A stretch of DNA of 64,000 bases from Salpingoeca rosetta (taxonomy: Eukaryota; Protista; Choanoflagellata), in assembly GCA_033442325.1 (NCBI GenBank), contig JAWQFM010000029.1:1-64000 (forward strand), in the 5' to 3' direction. Shown here piece after piece: positions 25,268-55,400 of the stretch; within the stretch, counting starts at the first letter, position 1, and every line of letters starts with the position of its first letter. The notes under the pieces were generated by a model. That model was not told where the DNA came from. It searched no databases and was given only the letters and a program-made list of their open reading frames with translations. The translations under genes and the position numbers were made by a program.

Positions 25268-26840
25268 GCGTCTGTCTGTCTGTCTGTTTGTCTGTGTGCA
25301 CGCTCAAGAATCCAGGAGCTCATGAAATTAAGAACACACAGAGCAACAGTGCGCGCGAGACCCCAAAGCCGAGCATGCGCACTTGCTTCTCCGCGCTTCC
25401 TTCCAAATACACGCACTCCCTCTCCCTATTCCGCCTCTGTGGCTTCTCTTACGCTTCCTCTTCGTCGCTGGTGTTGTTCCAGATTGATAGGATGATCTGC
25501 TTACACGCGGCCTCGTCCTTGATCCGCTCAAAACACTCGAGAAACACGCGCTCGTCAGCAACCCCCGCCGGCTTCGATGCAACATGCTCATGCACCGCCT
25601 TGGGGCTGTCGCTGTGCTCTCCGTTTGCTGGGTCCCCCTGCTGCTCATCGCCATCCACCATGGCCAGAGCAGCAGCATCGTCCTCCCTGAGGACGCCATC
25701 CTCTGCCGTGCTGTCCACACCATAAACTCCAACATTACCGCCGTCCGTGTCACCATCGCCTTCCCCTCCACCCTCCTCGCCCTCAGCACCGGCTGCCTTT
25801 GCTCTCGCCGCCTTGCCTGCTTTGCCTGCCTTTTGCGCGCGCTTCGTGATCCCGCGCCACGTGCGTGCTCGACACGCTCGCAGAAATCGCGCGACCACAG
25901 CTGGGGGCAACTTGTTGTTCGCGTCGTACTTCTCGCGCCTCAGCATGTCCTCGATCAGCTGCGTGGATGCGGGTTCACCCTGGCGGCCTCCGTTCGATGC
26001 TGTTGCCATTGCATGGGACGCGGCCCTGGCCCCCTTGCCACGTTGCTTGTGCTTGTGCTTGTGCTTGCGCTTGCCAGCGGCTGCCTCGGCATCACGGCGG
26101 AGGACCGCACGCTGGCGCGTGTTGCGCAGAGCTTGCGTGGCCTGCTCAAGGGCCTTCAGGTTTGTGATGCCCAGGCGCTCAAGAACGTATCCGACGGTGC
26201 CCAGCAGCCTATACTTATCGAGCCACGGGGTGAGCTCGGCGTCCAATCGCGGCGGCGCACGGCGAGGGGACACCGCTGTGCCCGCGTCCCCGGCACCAGT
26301 GACAGCGCCCAACTTCTTCAGGATCTGCGGCACAAGCTCTGCGGGTGGTGCCAAGCGGCGAGGTGTCGTGGCGGTGCCATGCGCCGGTGTGCCACAATCA
26401 GGGTTCCAGAGGAAGTAGGAGATGTCGGCGGGGAGGCGGAAGCGTGTTTGCTTGACCTGGAACTCGTCACACATCTTGATGAGGAAGTAGGGCTTCTCCT
26501 CGTTGATGATGAACCTGAGCTCCTCGAAGGTGCTGAACTTGGAGGCCGTCTTCTTTCCGTAGGTCTTTGTGCCCATGATGACAGCCAGGTCACAGTCTGT
26601 CAGTGCTGTGATGATCTCCTCCGAGATGTCGTCGCCAGGCGGCACATCACACAGGAAGACGTCCACATCATGGCACGCTTCGTGCAGCGCCTGCTTGAGT
26701 TCCTTTGCCGCTTCGTGCGCCTCGCCAAACCGGAGTGAGATGAAGATGCGCTTCTTCTTCGCGACCGGTCGGCTTTGCTCCGAGTGAGATGAAAGTTCGC
26801 CGTGGACGGCGGAGGAAGAAGAACTGAGAGGGGACGTCAT
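20204..26840 (-). CDS. Roco protein, TIR - SAM-like - LRR - Roc GTPase - COR (~1348 aa, 11 exons: 26840-25453, 25155-25075, 24808-24725, 24527-24444, 24242-24159, 23888-23766, 23544-23461, 23136-23053, 22698-21538, 21391-20788, 20473-20204)
   Basis: All introns are GT-AG and the frame is preserved (4047 nt). TIR: [51 protein letters not shown]-like: [24 protein letters not shown]-type LRRs: L..N.IG..G..A.A.AL..NTTL..L. Roc: [50 protein letters not shown]: [41 protein letters not shown]. Confidence 0.9.
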
Positions 26841-27295
26841 GGGGCTAACTGCTGGTGTTGATAGGGTCTTGACGCAGCTTCAGAGGTGTCATTCACTTCT
26901 CTACTCTTCTACTTCCACTTGTGACCCGACTGTTGATCTGTGTGCGAGTTGTGGGTGTGACGTGAATGTGGGAGCGCCAGTTGGCTCTGTTGTTGTTGTT
27001 GCGGTCAGTGGAAAGTGTAGCAAGTCATGACGAATTCTCTTAGCGGAAAGCAGCAGCAGAACACACACCCACCACACCCACACCCACACCCACACACACA
27101 CACCCACACCCCCCCCCACCACACACACACACAAAGAGCTCGCACAATACTTACCCCACACACACACACGCACACACATCACCCACTGTCCGTCAAAAGA
27201 ACAACGGTGGTCATGTCAAATCAAGCAGAGAGCAGAGTAAAGTCAGAGAGAAAGTCGAAATGTAATGATAAACACCTAAACACATGTATGCATTG

Positions 27296-28666
27296 TCACT
27301 TGTTGTTGACATGTGTGTCAAGTTGTCCGCAGTCCAAGCTCTGCACGGTGCGCTGGTGGGGTGCCTTAGCCATGCATTCCTGGAACTTGTGCGCCGCCCA
27401 ATCCAGCGAGTGCAGCCGGGAGTAGAGGTGGATGTCCTTCACATGCCCGCGCACGGTGCTGTCGGGCTGGTCCAGCCGCCCCTCCGGGATGTTGAGCAGC
27501 GGCGGCGTCGCCGTGTACATGTGGCCGGCGGCGATGCGGTCCAGGAGGCACTCATCAGCGACGATGCATGGGAAGCGCGGGAGCTTCTGCAGCCACACCT
27601 TGAGCGGCCGCTGCGTCGGGGCGGCTGCATCGAGCTGCACAAACGGCATACGCATCACGTCCCGGGCGAATGTTCGCGGGACGAGGTAGGCGATGGCGCC
27701 GTACACGGTCGTTGAGTTGGGCGCGAAGGCCAGCTCGCCCCGCCACTGCTTGAAGAGTTTCTTCCACTCGCTCTCCTTGGCGGACATGGCCAGGCGCACC
27801 AGCTTCCAGTCGGCAGGCATCTTCTGCACAAAGGCCTGCAGCGTCTGCGTCCAGAACGGGAGCAGGTCGATGGTCACGTCGTCTTCAAGGACAAGGCCGT
27901 ACGGGCGGTCCGAGACTGCAATCTGGTGCAGGGCGTCGAGGTGTGAGATGGAGACGGCCGCCTCCTTCAAGTGCACCTTCGCGGGCTTGCGCTTGTCTGT
28001 CACGAGGTTCTGCAGCGTCGCTTGCGCCTGCTGTGGCGTGCCGGCGAGGCGCTGTAGAACGTTTTCCTGGTGGGTGCCATCGATAGCGGGGATTCGCTTG
28101 GCGCCCCACAGCCCAGCGACACCTTCTTCCATCTGCCCCTGTCGGACAACGTCGACGTCTCGGCTGATGTAGAGCACCGTGAAATTCTCCCCGAGAGATG
28201 CCGCAAACTTGCTGCCCAGGATACGGGAACGGGGCTGTGTCCGTGCTGTCATTGCCTGTGATGCCGGTATCGCTTCCCTGTGCATGCTGGTGTTCCGTGC
28301 GGCGCTGGGCACTTGTCGCTGTTGTTGCTGTTGCTGCTGCTGCTGCTGCTGCTGGTTTGTGAGCAGCTGCTGCAAGACATCGTACATCTGGTTGACTTTG
28401 TTTAGGATTTGGATCTCCGCAGTGCTGTTGGTTAAGTTTGAGAAGTGGTGCTGGTGGTGCTGATTAGGTGACCCGGCGAGCGGCTGTTGCTCGGTGCCCA
28501 CGTCAAGCGTGACGCTGTCCCTTCTCCTCCGCAAGGCGTCGTGGGCGTCGTCGTGGGCAGCTGAAGATCCGTGGTGGTGCCGCGAGTGCAGTGTCGTCCA
28601 CAACGTCGCACTCAGGACACACGTGGTGATCAGCACGACCACCACGAGCACTTGGTGCGGCCTCAT
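27296..28666 (-). CDS. Glycosyltransferase family 25-like type II membrane protein (456 aa, intronless)
   Basis: N-terminal anchor VLVVVVLITTCVLSATLW and a Gln-rich stem. GT25 motifs VLYIS....R...M, RIPAIDG, E.AVSISHLDAL..I, YGLVLEDDV and GAIAYLV. Confidence 0.8.
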   Translation of the reverse strand: MRPHQVLVVVVLITTCVLSATLWTTLHSRHHHGSSAAHDDAHDALRRRRDSVTLDVGTEQQPLAGSPNQHHQHHFSNLTNSTAEIQILNKVNQMYDVLQQLLTNQQQQQQQQQQQQRQVPSAARNTSMHREAIPASQAMTARTQPRSRILGSKFAASLGENFTVLYISRDVDVVRQGQMEEGVAGLWGAKRIPAIDGTHQENVLQRLAGTPQQAQATLQNLVTDKRKPAKVHLKEAAVSISHLDALHQIAVSDRPYGLVLEDDVTIDLLPFWTQTLQAFVQKMPADWKLVRLAMSAKESEWKKLFKQWRGELAFAPNSTTVYGAIAYLVPRTFARDVMRMPFVQLDAAAPTQRPLKVWLQKLPRFPCIVADECLLDRIAAGHMYTATPPLLNIPEGRLDQPDSTVRGHVKDIHLYSRLHSLDWAAHKFQECMAKAPHQRTVQSLDCGQLDTHVNNK

Positions 28667-29134
28667 ACCAGACGCACAGAGTGCGGACAGAGATGCTGGG
28701 TGTGAGGCAGTTGGCTAGCTAGCTGGACAGTTATTGGGGGGAACGGTTGCGGTGCGTGGGCATGCGTGGGCGTTTGATTGATTGCGGTTGCTGTGGTGCG
28801 TGCTGTGCTGATGCCCCTTGCTTCTGTCACCTGCGCCTTGACTGATGGACGGATGACGACGGTTGTGGAACGCTGCCATTCGATCATGTTTTCCACCAAC
28901 TTTCGCCCGTCCACAGCAATCGCCCAACCCGTACTGAATTCAGTCTCATGCAACTGCGATTGATGATGTCAAGGGACACAAAACAACACGCACTGCCACA
29001 CCCACAAACACCAAGAACACACAACATCACCAACAAAACAACACGCACTGCCACACCCACAAACACACACACACACACAACAAACACACACACACACAAC
29101 AAACACACACACACAACAAACACACACACAAAGC

Positions 29135-29433
29135 ATGGACGTGGGCAACCCGGACCTGTCCGTGGACGATCGCATGTCGCCAGGATCAGACATCGTCTCC
29201 AACCCATGCCTCAAATGCATGTATTGCTGTGGGATGCTCATCCCCAAGGTTCGCGGTATTCCAGCTGATGCGAAGCTGCTTTCCCTCGAAGAGCAGAACC
29301 AGTTGCTGGCGCCCCTTCAAGGAGCATGGAAGCTTCGTCCCCTCGAAAGCGGCAGGTGTGCCAACTGAGAGAGAGAGAGCGTGTGTGTGTGTGTGTGTGT
29401 TCGTGTGTTCGTGTGTGTGGGTTCGTGTGCGTG

Positions 29434-29485
<52 letters not shown>

Positions 29486-30794
29486 TGTGTGTGTATGTAT
29501 GTGTGTACATGTGTGTGTGTGTGTGTGCAAACGCTTCGTGTATACGCCAGGAAGCCATACTTTCAGCGTTTGTTGCATTAGTGCTTGCGTGGACCCACGT
29601 GTATCTGCTTCGTTATGTCTGTTTTGGCATTGCCATGGTATGATCTCATGATCGTGTGCTCCACTACCGAACACACGAACGACCCTGTATGCTCACTCTC
29701 ATTTAATTCTTTCGCCACCTCATGCCATCATGCCACAAAAACACCTGTACACGTGCACACAGGCAACACACCATCATGTACACCGATATCTACGTTGAGG
29801 GCCCAAAAGTCATCATGAGTGGTGGCATGCACAATCGGACGCGTCACGTCGATGGGCGACGAGTCACAGCTGCAGTGGTATGTCCAAACTCGTCCACTTG
29901 TTTATTTGTGCATGATTGCATGTGTGTGTGTGATCGAGATTACGTGTGTGTGGTTGTGAGTGTGCGTGCATGCGTGCGTCTGTCTGTATCTGTATCTGTC
30001 TGTCTGCCTGTTACATGTGTGTGTGTGCTTCTTTCCGTGCCTGTGTCGGTGCATGTTTTGCGGGTCGTTCGTATGGGAGTTGATCCGTGTGCGTTTTTCC
30101 CTTCTTTGCTATTTGCTCCCTTCTTTGCTCAACGTGCCTTCCACGCCCCCACTGCGTGTGTGATTCAATGCTGCTTCTCCGTTCCTTCATGCGTGCGTGC
30201 AGGCCAACAGGACCCAGGTGATGTACATCAAGTACTGGCGCGGCAGTGACGGCGTGCTGTACATTGACCGCATGGGAAGCATCGTGGAGTCCTTTGATCA
30301 ACTCAAGAACGAGCTGCGCATCAACAACGCACTGGGCATCTCCTTCATGTGGTATCGAGAGAACACCGTCACCTCTCAACCAGTCGTCGCCGTCCAGCCC
30401 TCCATCTCTGACGTGCGTGTGTGTGTGTGTGTGTGTGTCTGTGTCTGTGTCTGTGTCTGTGCCTGTGTCTGTGTCTGTGCCTGTGTCTGTGTCTGCATGT
30501 GTGTGTGTGTCTGTGTCTGCATGTGTGTGTGTGTGTCTGTTTCTGTCTTCTGCCAGGACTTTTACGACACTGCGAGCAATGGCCGCGCTTGTTTTGTCAT
30601 GCCCTTCGTTTCCAACGGCGCTGGAACTGACCCCACGCTCTCACATCCCTTTCACCACTGCGTCGCCCCCCCCCCCTCTCCTCGCTGCTGCTGCTGCTGC
30701 ACAGGAGCTGGAGAAGCTGGTGGCGCTGCTCAAGGGCGGGCACATCACCCAGGAGGAGTACGACGAGGCAAAGCAGAAGGTGCTCGCACACTGA
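29135..30794 (+). CDS. ~210-aa protein with C-terminal SHOCT domain (exons 29135-29355, 29763-29877, 30203-30412, 30705-30794)
   Basis: Four exons join in frame at GT-AG sites. The C-terminus [31 protein letters not shown] matches the SHOCT pattern (L.KL..L...G.IT.EEY...K..LL). Confidence 0.8.
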
Positions 30795-30961
30795 CACCAG
30801 CGCACTTCATCGCATTCGCAGACAAGGGCGGCATTGCATAATTATTGGGTGCTGGATATTCAGGCGTTGTTGACATGATGAATGGTGTGTAACGTGACAT
30901 GACACGAGAATGCAAACAGCACGCAACTCGACAAACTCTTGCAGCTGGGACAACAGTCGCG

Positions 30962-31045
<84 letters not shown>

Positions 31046-31224
31046 CGCGTCTGTGTCTGTGTGTGTGTGTGTGTTTCCTTGACTGCGTGTCAGTTTGTGC
31101 AGCCTCTTCTCGTGAGGCGATCAAGGTTGTGGAGTGACTTCCATCTCTCATATCGTAAATAACAGTCAACGCAGCATGCAGTGATGATGGACACACACGC
31201 ACAGAGACAGAGACAAAGAGCGGC

Positions 31225-31292
<68 letters not shown>

Positions 31293-31559
31293 ACACACAC
31301 TCTCTCTCTCTCTCAACGTGTCTCAATCGGTGATTCTTTATGGTGGTCCGAAGAAGTCGGCATCCAAACACACACACACATACACACACGTCCACATGCA
31401 TACATACATACACACACGTCCACATGCACAGCACATAAATGAAGAGCACACTTTCACTCTACACAAGTAAACAAAACTACACAATCCAAAACCAAGTCAA
31501 CTGACAACTGTCCAATCCATCCACACTCCACCAACCAGCACCAGCATCAGCGCGGTCGG

Positions 31560-36339
<4,780 letters not shown>

Positions 36340-37042
36340 TGCTGGTGCCGCTGAAGATCAAGAAGAGCAGGCCGCAGGAGGAAGAAGAAAAGACCAAGAA
36401 AGAAGTACACGGTGTGTGGTGTGTGGCGGTGCGGTGTTGCGAGCGATTGGGAAGGGCGTGTTCTGTGATCGCGTGTGCCTCGTCTTCTCTGAACACCAGC
36501 TGCTGCTGCACTGGCGCGGGTACGGAGTCAATCACGTGCGTGCGCGCTGTGGTGGCCGCTGTTGGCACAACAAGTACGAAGCAAGCACGATGGCACCTCT
36601 TTTTTGCTTTTTGTGTCGGTACCAAGCAAGGCAAGAGCGAGCAAGTCAGCAAGTCGGGGAGGAGGAACACACGCACACACGCACACACGCACGCACACAC
36701 GCACACACGCACACACGCACACACCCTTCTTGCGTTGCACGTTGTTGTTGATCTGGCTGGCGTCGGAGCGTTTGTGCGTTCCTGTCCTGCGCAGGGTGCG
36801 TCATCGTCGACGATCTGTAGATGATTCCCACCTAATTTCTACAACACGTTATTCTCACATCAAATGATGCCAGGAAGAATCTATTTTTGGGCACTGCCCG
36901 TCCTGCAACACCATAAACCGCAGTGAAGTGATTGAACGGACGTTGCTGCTTGCGGCTGCTCCCCACCACTGGCGACCGACCGACTGACTGACTGACTGCG
37001 CCACCTCTGGCTTGCTTCTTGCCATCCATCACGATCACCACC
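36340..37042. promoter_or_regulatory. Putative bidirectional promoter region between divergent SPTLC2 and oligopeptidase B
   Basis: ~700 bp between divergent ATGs, with a microsatellite-free, more AT-rich core at ~36820-36950. Positional inference only. Confidence 0.4.
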
Positions 37043-45255
<8,213 letters not shown>

Positions 45256-45423
45256 TCCAGTGCACATGCACGCACACACAAACACACACAGAACACACAC
45301 ACACTGCTTTCGCGCCGTTACGCTGGGGTTCTTTTACGATTGAACTGACGCAAGCAGAACAAGAAGAACAATAAACACAACATCGACATCAACCAAATGG
45401 CATACGTATTTTTATTCATCGAA

Positions 45424-51843
<6,420 letters not shown>

Positions 51844-52456
51844 CTTGGTTGGTGGCCTCAGATATGTGTGGAGTCCCAGGCAGGAGCGAGGGGTTGGTTC
51901 CTTCAAACACAAACACGCGGTCACACAAAAGGGAGCAGGTGAGTTGAAGAGCGTCAGGCTAGCGACCAAGACGTCGGGTGACAAATGATGTGATTGTGGG
52001 CACACACATACATCAATGAGTGAATCAACCACACAGCGCACGCCTCACACACAACAGCGTCGTCCACCTTTGCTTCTCCACCCTCAAAAGCCGCAACGCG
52101 GCAAGCGAACAAACCTGCTCTGTGCTGTGTGCTGTTTGCTGTCTGTTGTGGTTCGTGTTGGGCCTTGTTGTGTGTTGTCGCTTCAGCGCTCGGACGATCA
52201 ATGTATCTTTGTGTGTCGTGTCGTGGCTGGGTTCAGCCCTCGTCATCACCGAAAATTAGCGAAGAATAACCTGCAAAGACGTAAACGAGGATACACTCGA
52301 ACCTCAACACCTGACCCCCCACCACACCTCGCTGTTGCCGTTATTTGACATGACGAGAGGCTTGCGTCCCCACCCACATCCCCCATTCCTCCCCTGCCTC
52401 TTCAATCACTCGCAACACACACACACACACACACACAAGCACAACAAGCAAACAAC

Positions 52457-55400
52457 ATGAGCAGCGCACCACAATCGCTGGTGTCGCTTTCGCACACGTC
52501 TTCTTCATCACGTCCTCGGCTTCGCTTCCTCTTGATCTTACTCTTCTCCGCTCTGCTTGGCTTTGCAACATTCACGCATGGCGCAGCTGGTATGAATGTG
52601 TGTTGTGTCTGTGTGTCTGTGTCTGTGTCTGTGTGTGTCTGTGTCTGTGTGTGCCTGTGTGTGGGGGGGGGCTTATATGTTTGTTTGTTTGTTTGTTTTG
52701 TGTGCGGCTGATTGTCGCAATGTCGTTTCGTGTGTTGTTCATGTTGGAGTGAACCCGCGGTGCATGATAGAAGAACTTCGTGGTTTATTTGTGGGCGCGT
52801 CACCGCACTCACACATGCTCACACGCTCTCACGCACGCTCACACGCTCACGCACACATACGATGTAACGCAATGCGTGCCTCTTCTATCGCGTTGCCGGT
52901 TTGATCGCCTGCACACATACACAGAGACCACAACAGGCTCAACCATTCAGCCAATCATCACCTTCCCACAGACGACGACACAACAGGAATGCATCCCCGC
53001 CCCTCAATACCTGATTGGTACGGCACAACAGACCTTCCGAACTGTTGTTGTTTTGGTTCGCCTTGATGGTGGCAAGCCTCGCCACATACACGCACGCTCA
53101 CACATCTACACTCACACACATCTACACTCATCCACACTCACACGCGCGCACTTTCTCCCTCCCTCGCTGTGTGATCTGGCACGCACAAAACGCCTTGAAG
53201 ATGTGGCCACCTGCAAGCAAATGTGCTCTGGATCCTACCAGAACGACGAAAGGACAATCTGCTGGGCCGGCTGTGATTGGTACAACGACGGCGGTGACGA
53301 GTACTGCAAATGTGCGTGCTCCCAAGGCGTTCCCCGCTCGGACCTGCAAAACCCCTGCGTCACAGGGTGTGGGTTTGCCGATGACACGAGCAAGGTGCTC
53401 CTCTGCCCAGCTAACGAGTTTGCACAAGTCGAAAACGACGGCTCCCAGTCGTGCACGCCCGTCACAGCTTGCAGCACAGCGACCGAGTACCAAGTCGTTG
53501 CTCCAACTGCGTCGTCAGACAGACAGTGCGCCGTCTTGTCCACGTGCAGCCCGAGCCAGTACGAAGTCACGGCCGCCACGGCCACTTCCGACCGTGAATG
53601 TCAAGATGTGAGCGTCTGCGACCGCCGAACCGAGTTTGAACAACAACCACCAACAACAACTTCGGACAGAGAGTGCGCAACCATCACCATCTGCGAAGCA
53701 GCTACGCAATATGAGACCAAGGCACCAACGTCAACCAGCGATCGCGAGTGTGCGCCGGTGACGATCTGCACGCGTGGAACGGAGTTTGAAGTAACACCGC
53801 CAACTGCAACGACGGATCGAGTGTGCCAGCTGATCACGCAGTGTGACCCCCAAAGCGAATACCAGACGGTCAGCCCCACGTTCAACTCGGACCGGGAGTG
53901 CGCAGCCCTTACGACCTGTTCTGTCGACACGGAATACGAGTCAACCCCTCCAACCGCAACGACAGACCGCACGTGCTCAAACCTGACCGTGTGCGGCGCA
54001 TCCCAGTTTGAGGCGCAGGCGGCAACAGCGACATCAGACAGGACCTGCCAAGACATCACCATCTGCCTCCGTGCAACCCAATACGAACAAGCCCCACCCA
54101 CGACCACCTCCGACCGTGAATGCCAAGATGTGAGCGTCTGCGACCGCCGAACTGAGTTTGAGCAACACGCACCAACAGCAACTTCGGACAGAGAGTGTGC
54201 AACCATCACCACCTGCAACGCAAGAACGGAATATGAGACCAAGGCACCAACGTCGACCACAGACCGTGAATGCACTACGCTGACCCCGTGTGTGCGGGGC
54301 GAAGAGTACCAGAGCGTTGGGCCAACTGCAACAAGCGACCGTGAATGCACCCCAATCACGCACTGCCATGTGCTGGGCAAGTACCAGACCATTCCAGCCA
54401 CATTCAGCACGGATGCAGTGTGCGCGAACCTCTCACGATGCGATGCAACAACCCAGTACGAGCTGGGAGCACCAACAGCAACGTCTGATCGAGTTTGTGA
54501 TGACCTCGCTTCTTGTAACATTGATCAGTACGAGACGGCAGCACCAACAGCCACGTCTGACCGCACCTGTGCCAACGTCACAGTGTGTGATGCAGCAACA
54601 GAGTACGAGACGGCAGCACCAACAGCAACGTCTGACCGCACCTGTGCAAACGTCAACACTTGCAGCATCGAGCAATACGAGACGGCAGCACCAACAGCAA
54701 CGTCTGACCGCACCTGTGCCAACGTCACAGCGTGTGATGCAGCAACACAGTACGAGACGGCAGCACCAACAGCAACGTCTGACCGCACCTGTGCCAACGT
54801 CACAGCGTGTGATGCAGCAGCAGAGTACGAGACGGCAGCACCAACAGCAACGTCTGACCGCACCTGTGCCAACGTCACAGTGTGTGATGCAGCAACACAG
54901 TACGAGACGGCAGCACCAACAGCAACGTCTGACCGCACCTGTGCCAACGTCACAGCGTGTGATGCAGCAGCAGAGTACGAGACGGTAGCACCAACAGCAA
55001 CGTCTGACAGAGCGTGCGCCAACGTCACAGCGTGTGATACAGCTACAGAGTACGAGACGGTAGCACCAACAGCAACGTCTGACCGCACCTGCGCAAACGT
55101 CACAGCGTGTGATGCAGCTACAGAGTACGAGACGGTAGCACCAACAGCAACGTCTGATCGCACCTGTGCCAACGTCACAGCGTGTGATGCAGCTACAGAG
55201 TACGAGACGGCAGCACCAACAGCAACGTCTGACCGCACGTGCGCCAACGTCACAGCGTGTGATACAGCAACACAGTACGAGATAGCAGCACCAACAGCCA
55301 CGTCTGATCGCACCTGTTCCAACGTCAACACTTGCAGCATCGAGCAATACGAGACGGCAGCACCAACAGCAACGTCTGACAGAGAGTGCGCCAATCTCAC

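Noticed and set aside
52780-53200. Start of the 2953-aa ORF as the true N-terminus
   Set aside because: It is read-through of CA-rich intron sequence; the signal-peptide exon at 52457 splices in frame.
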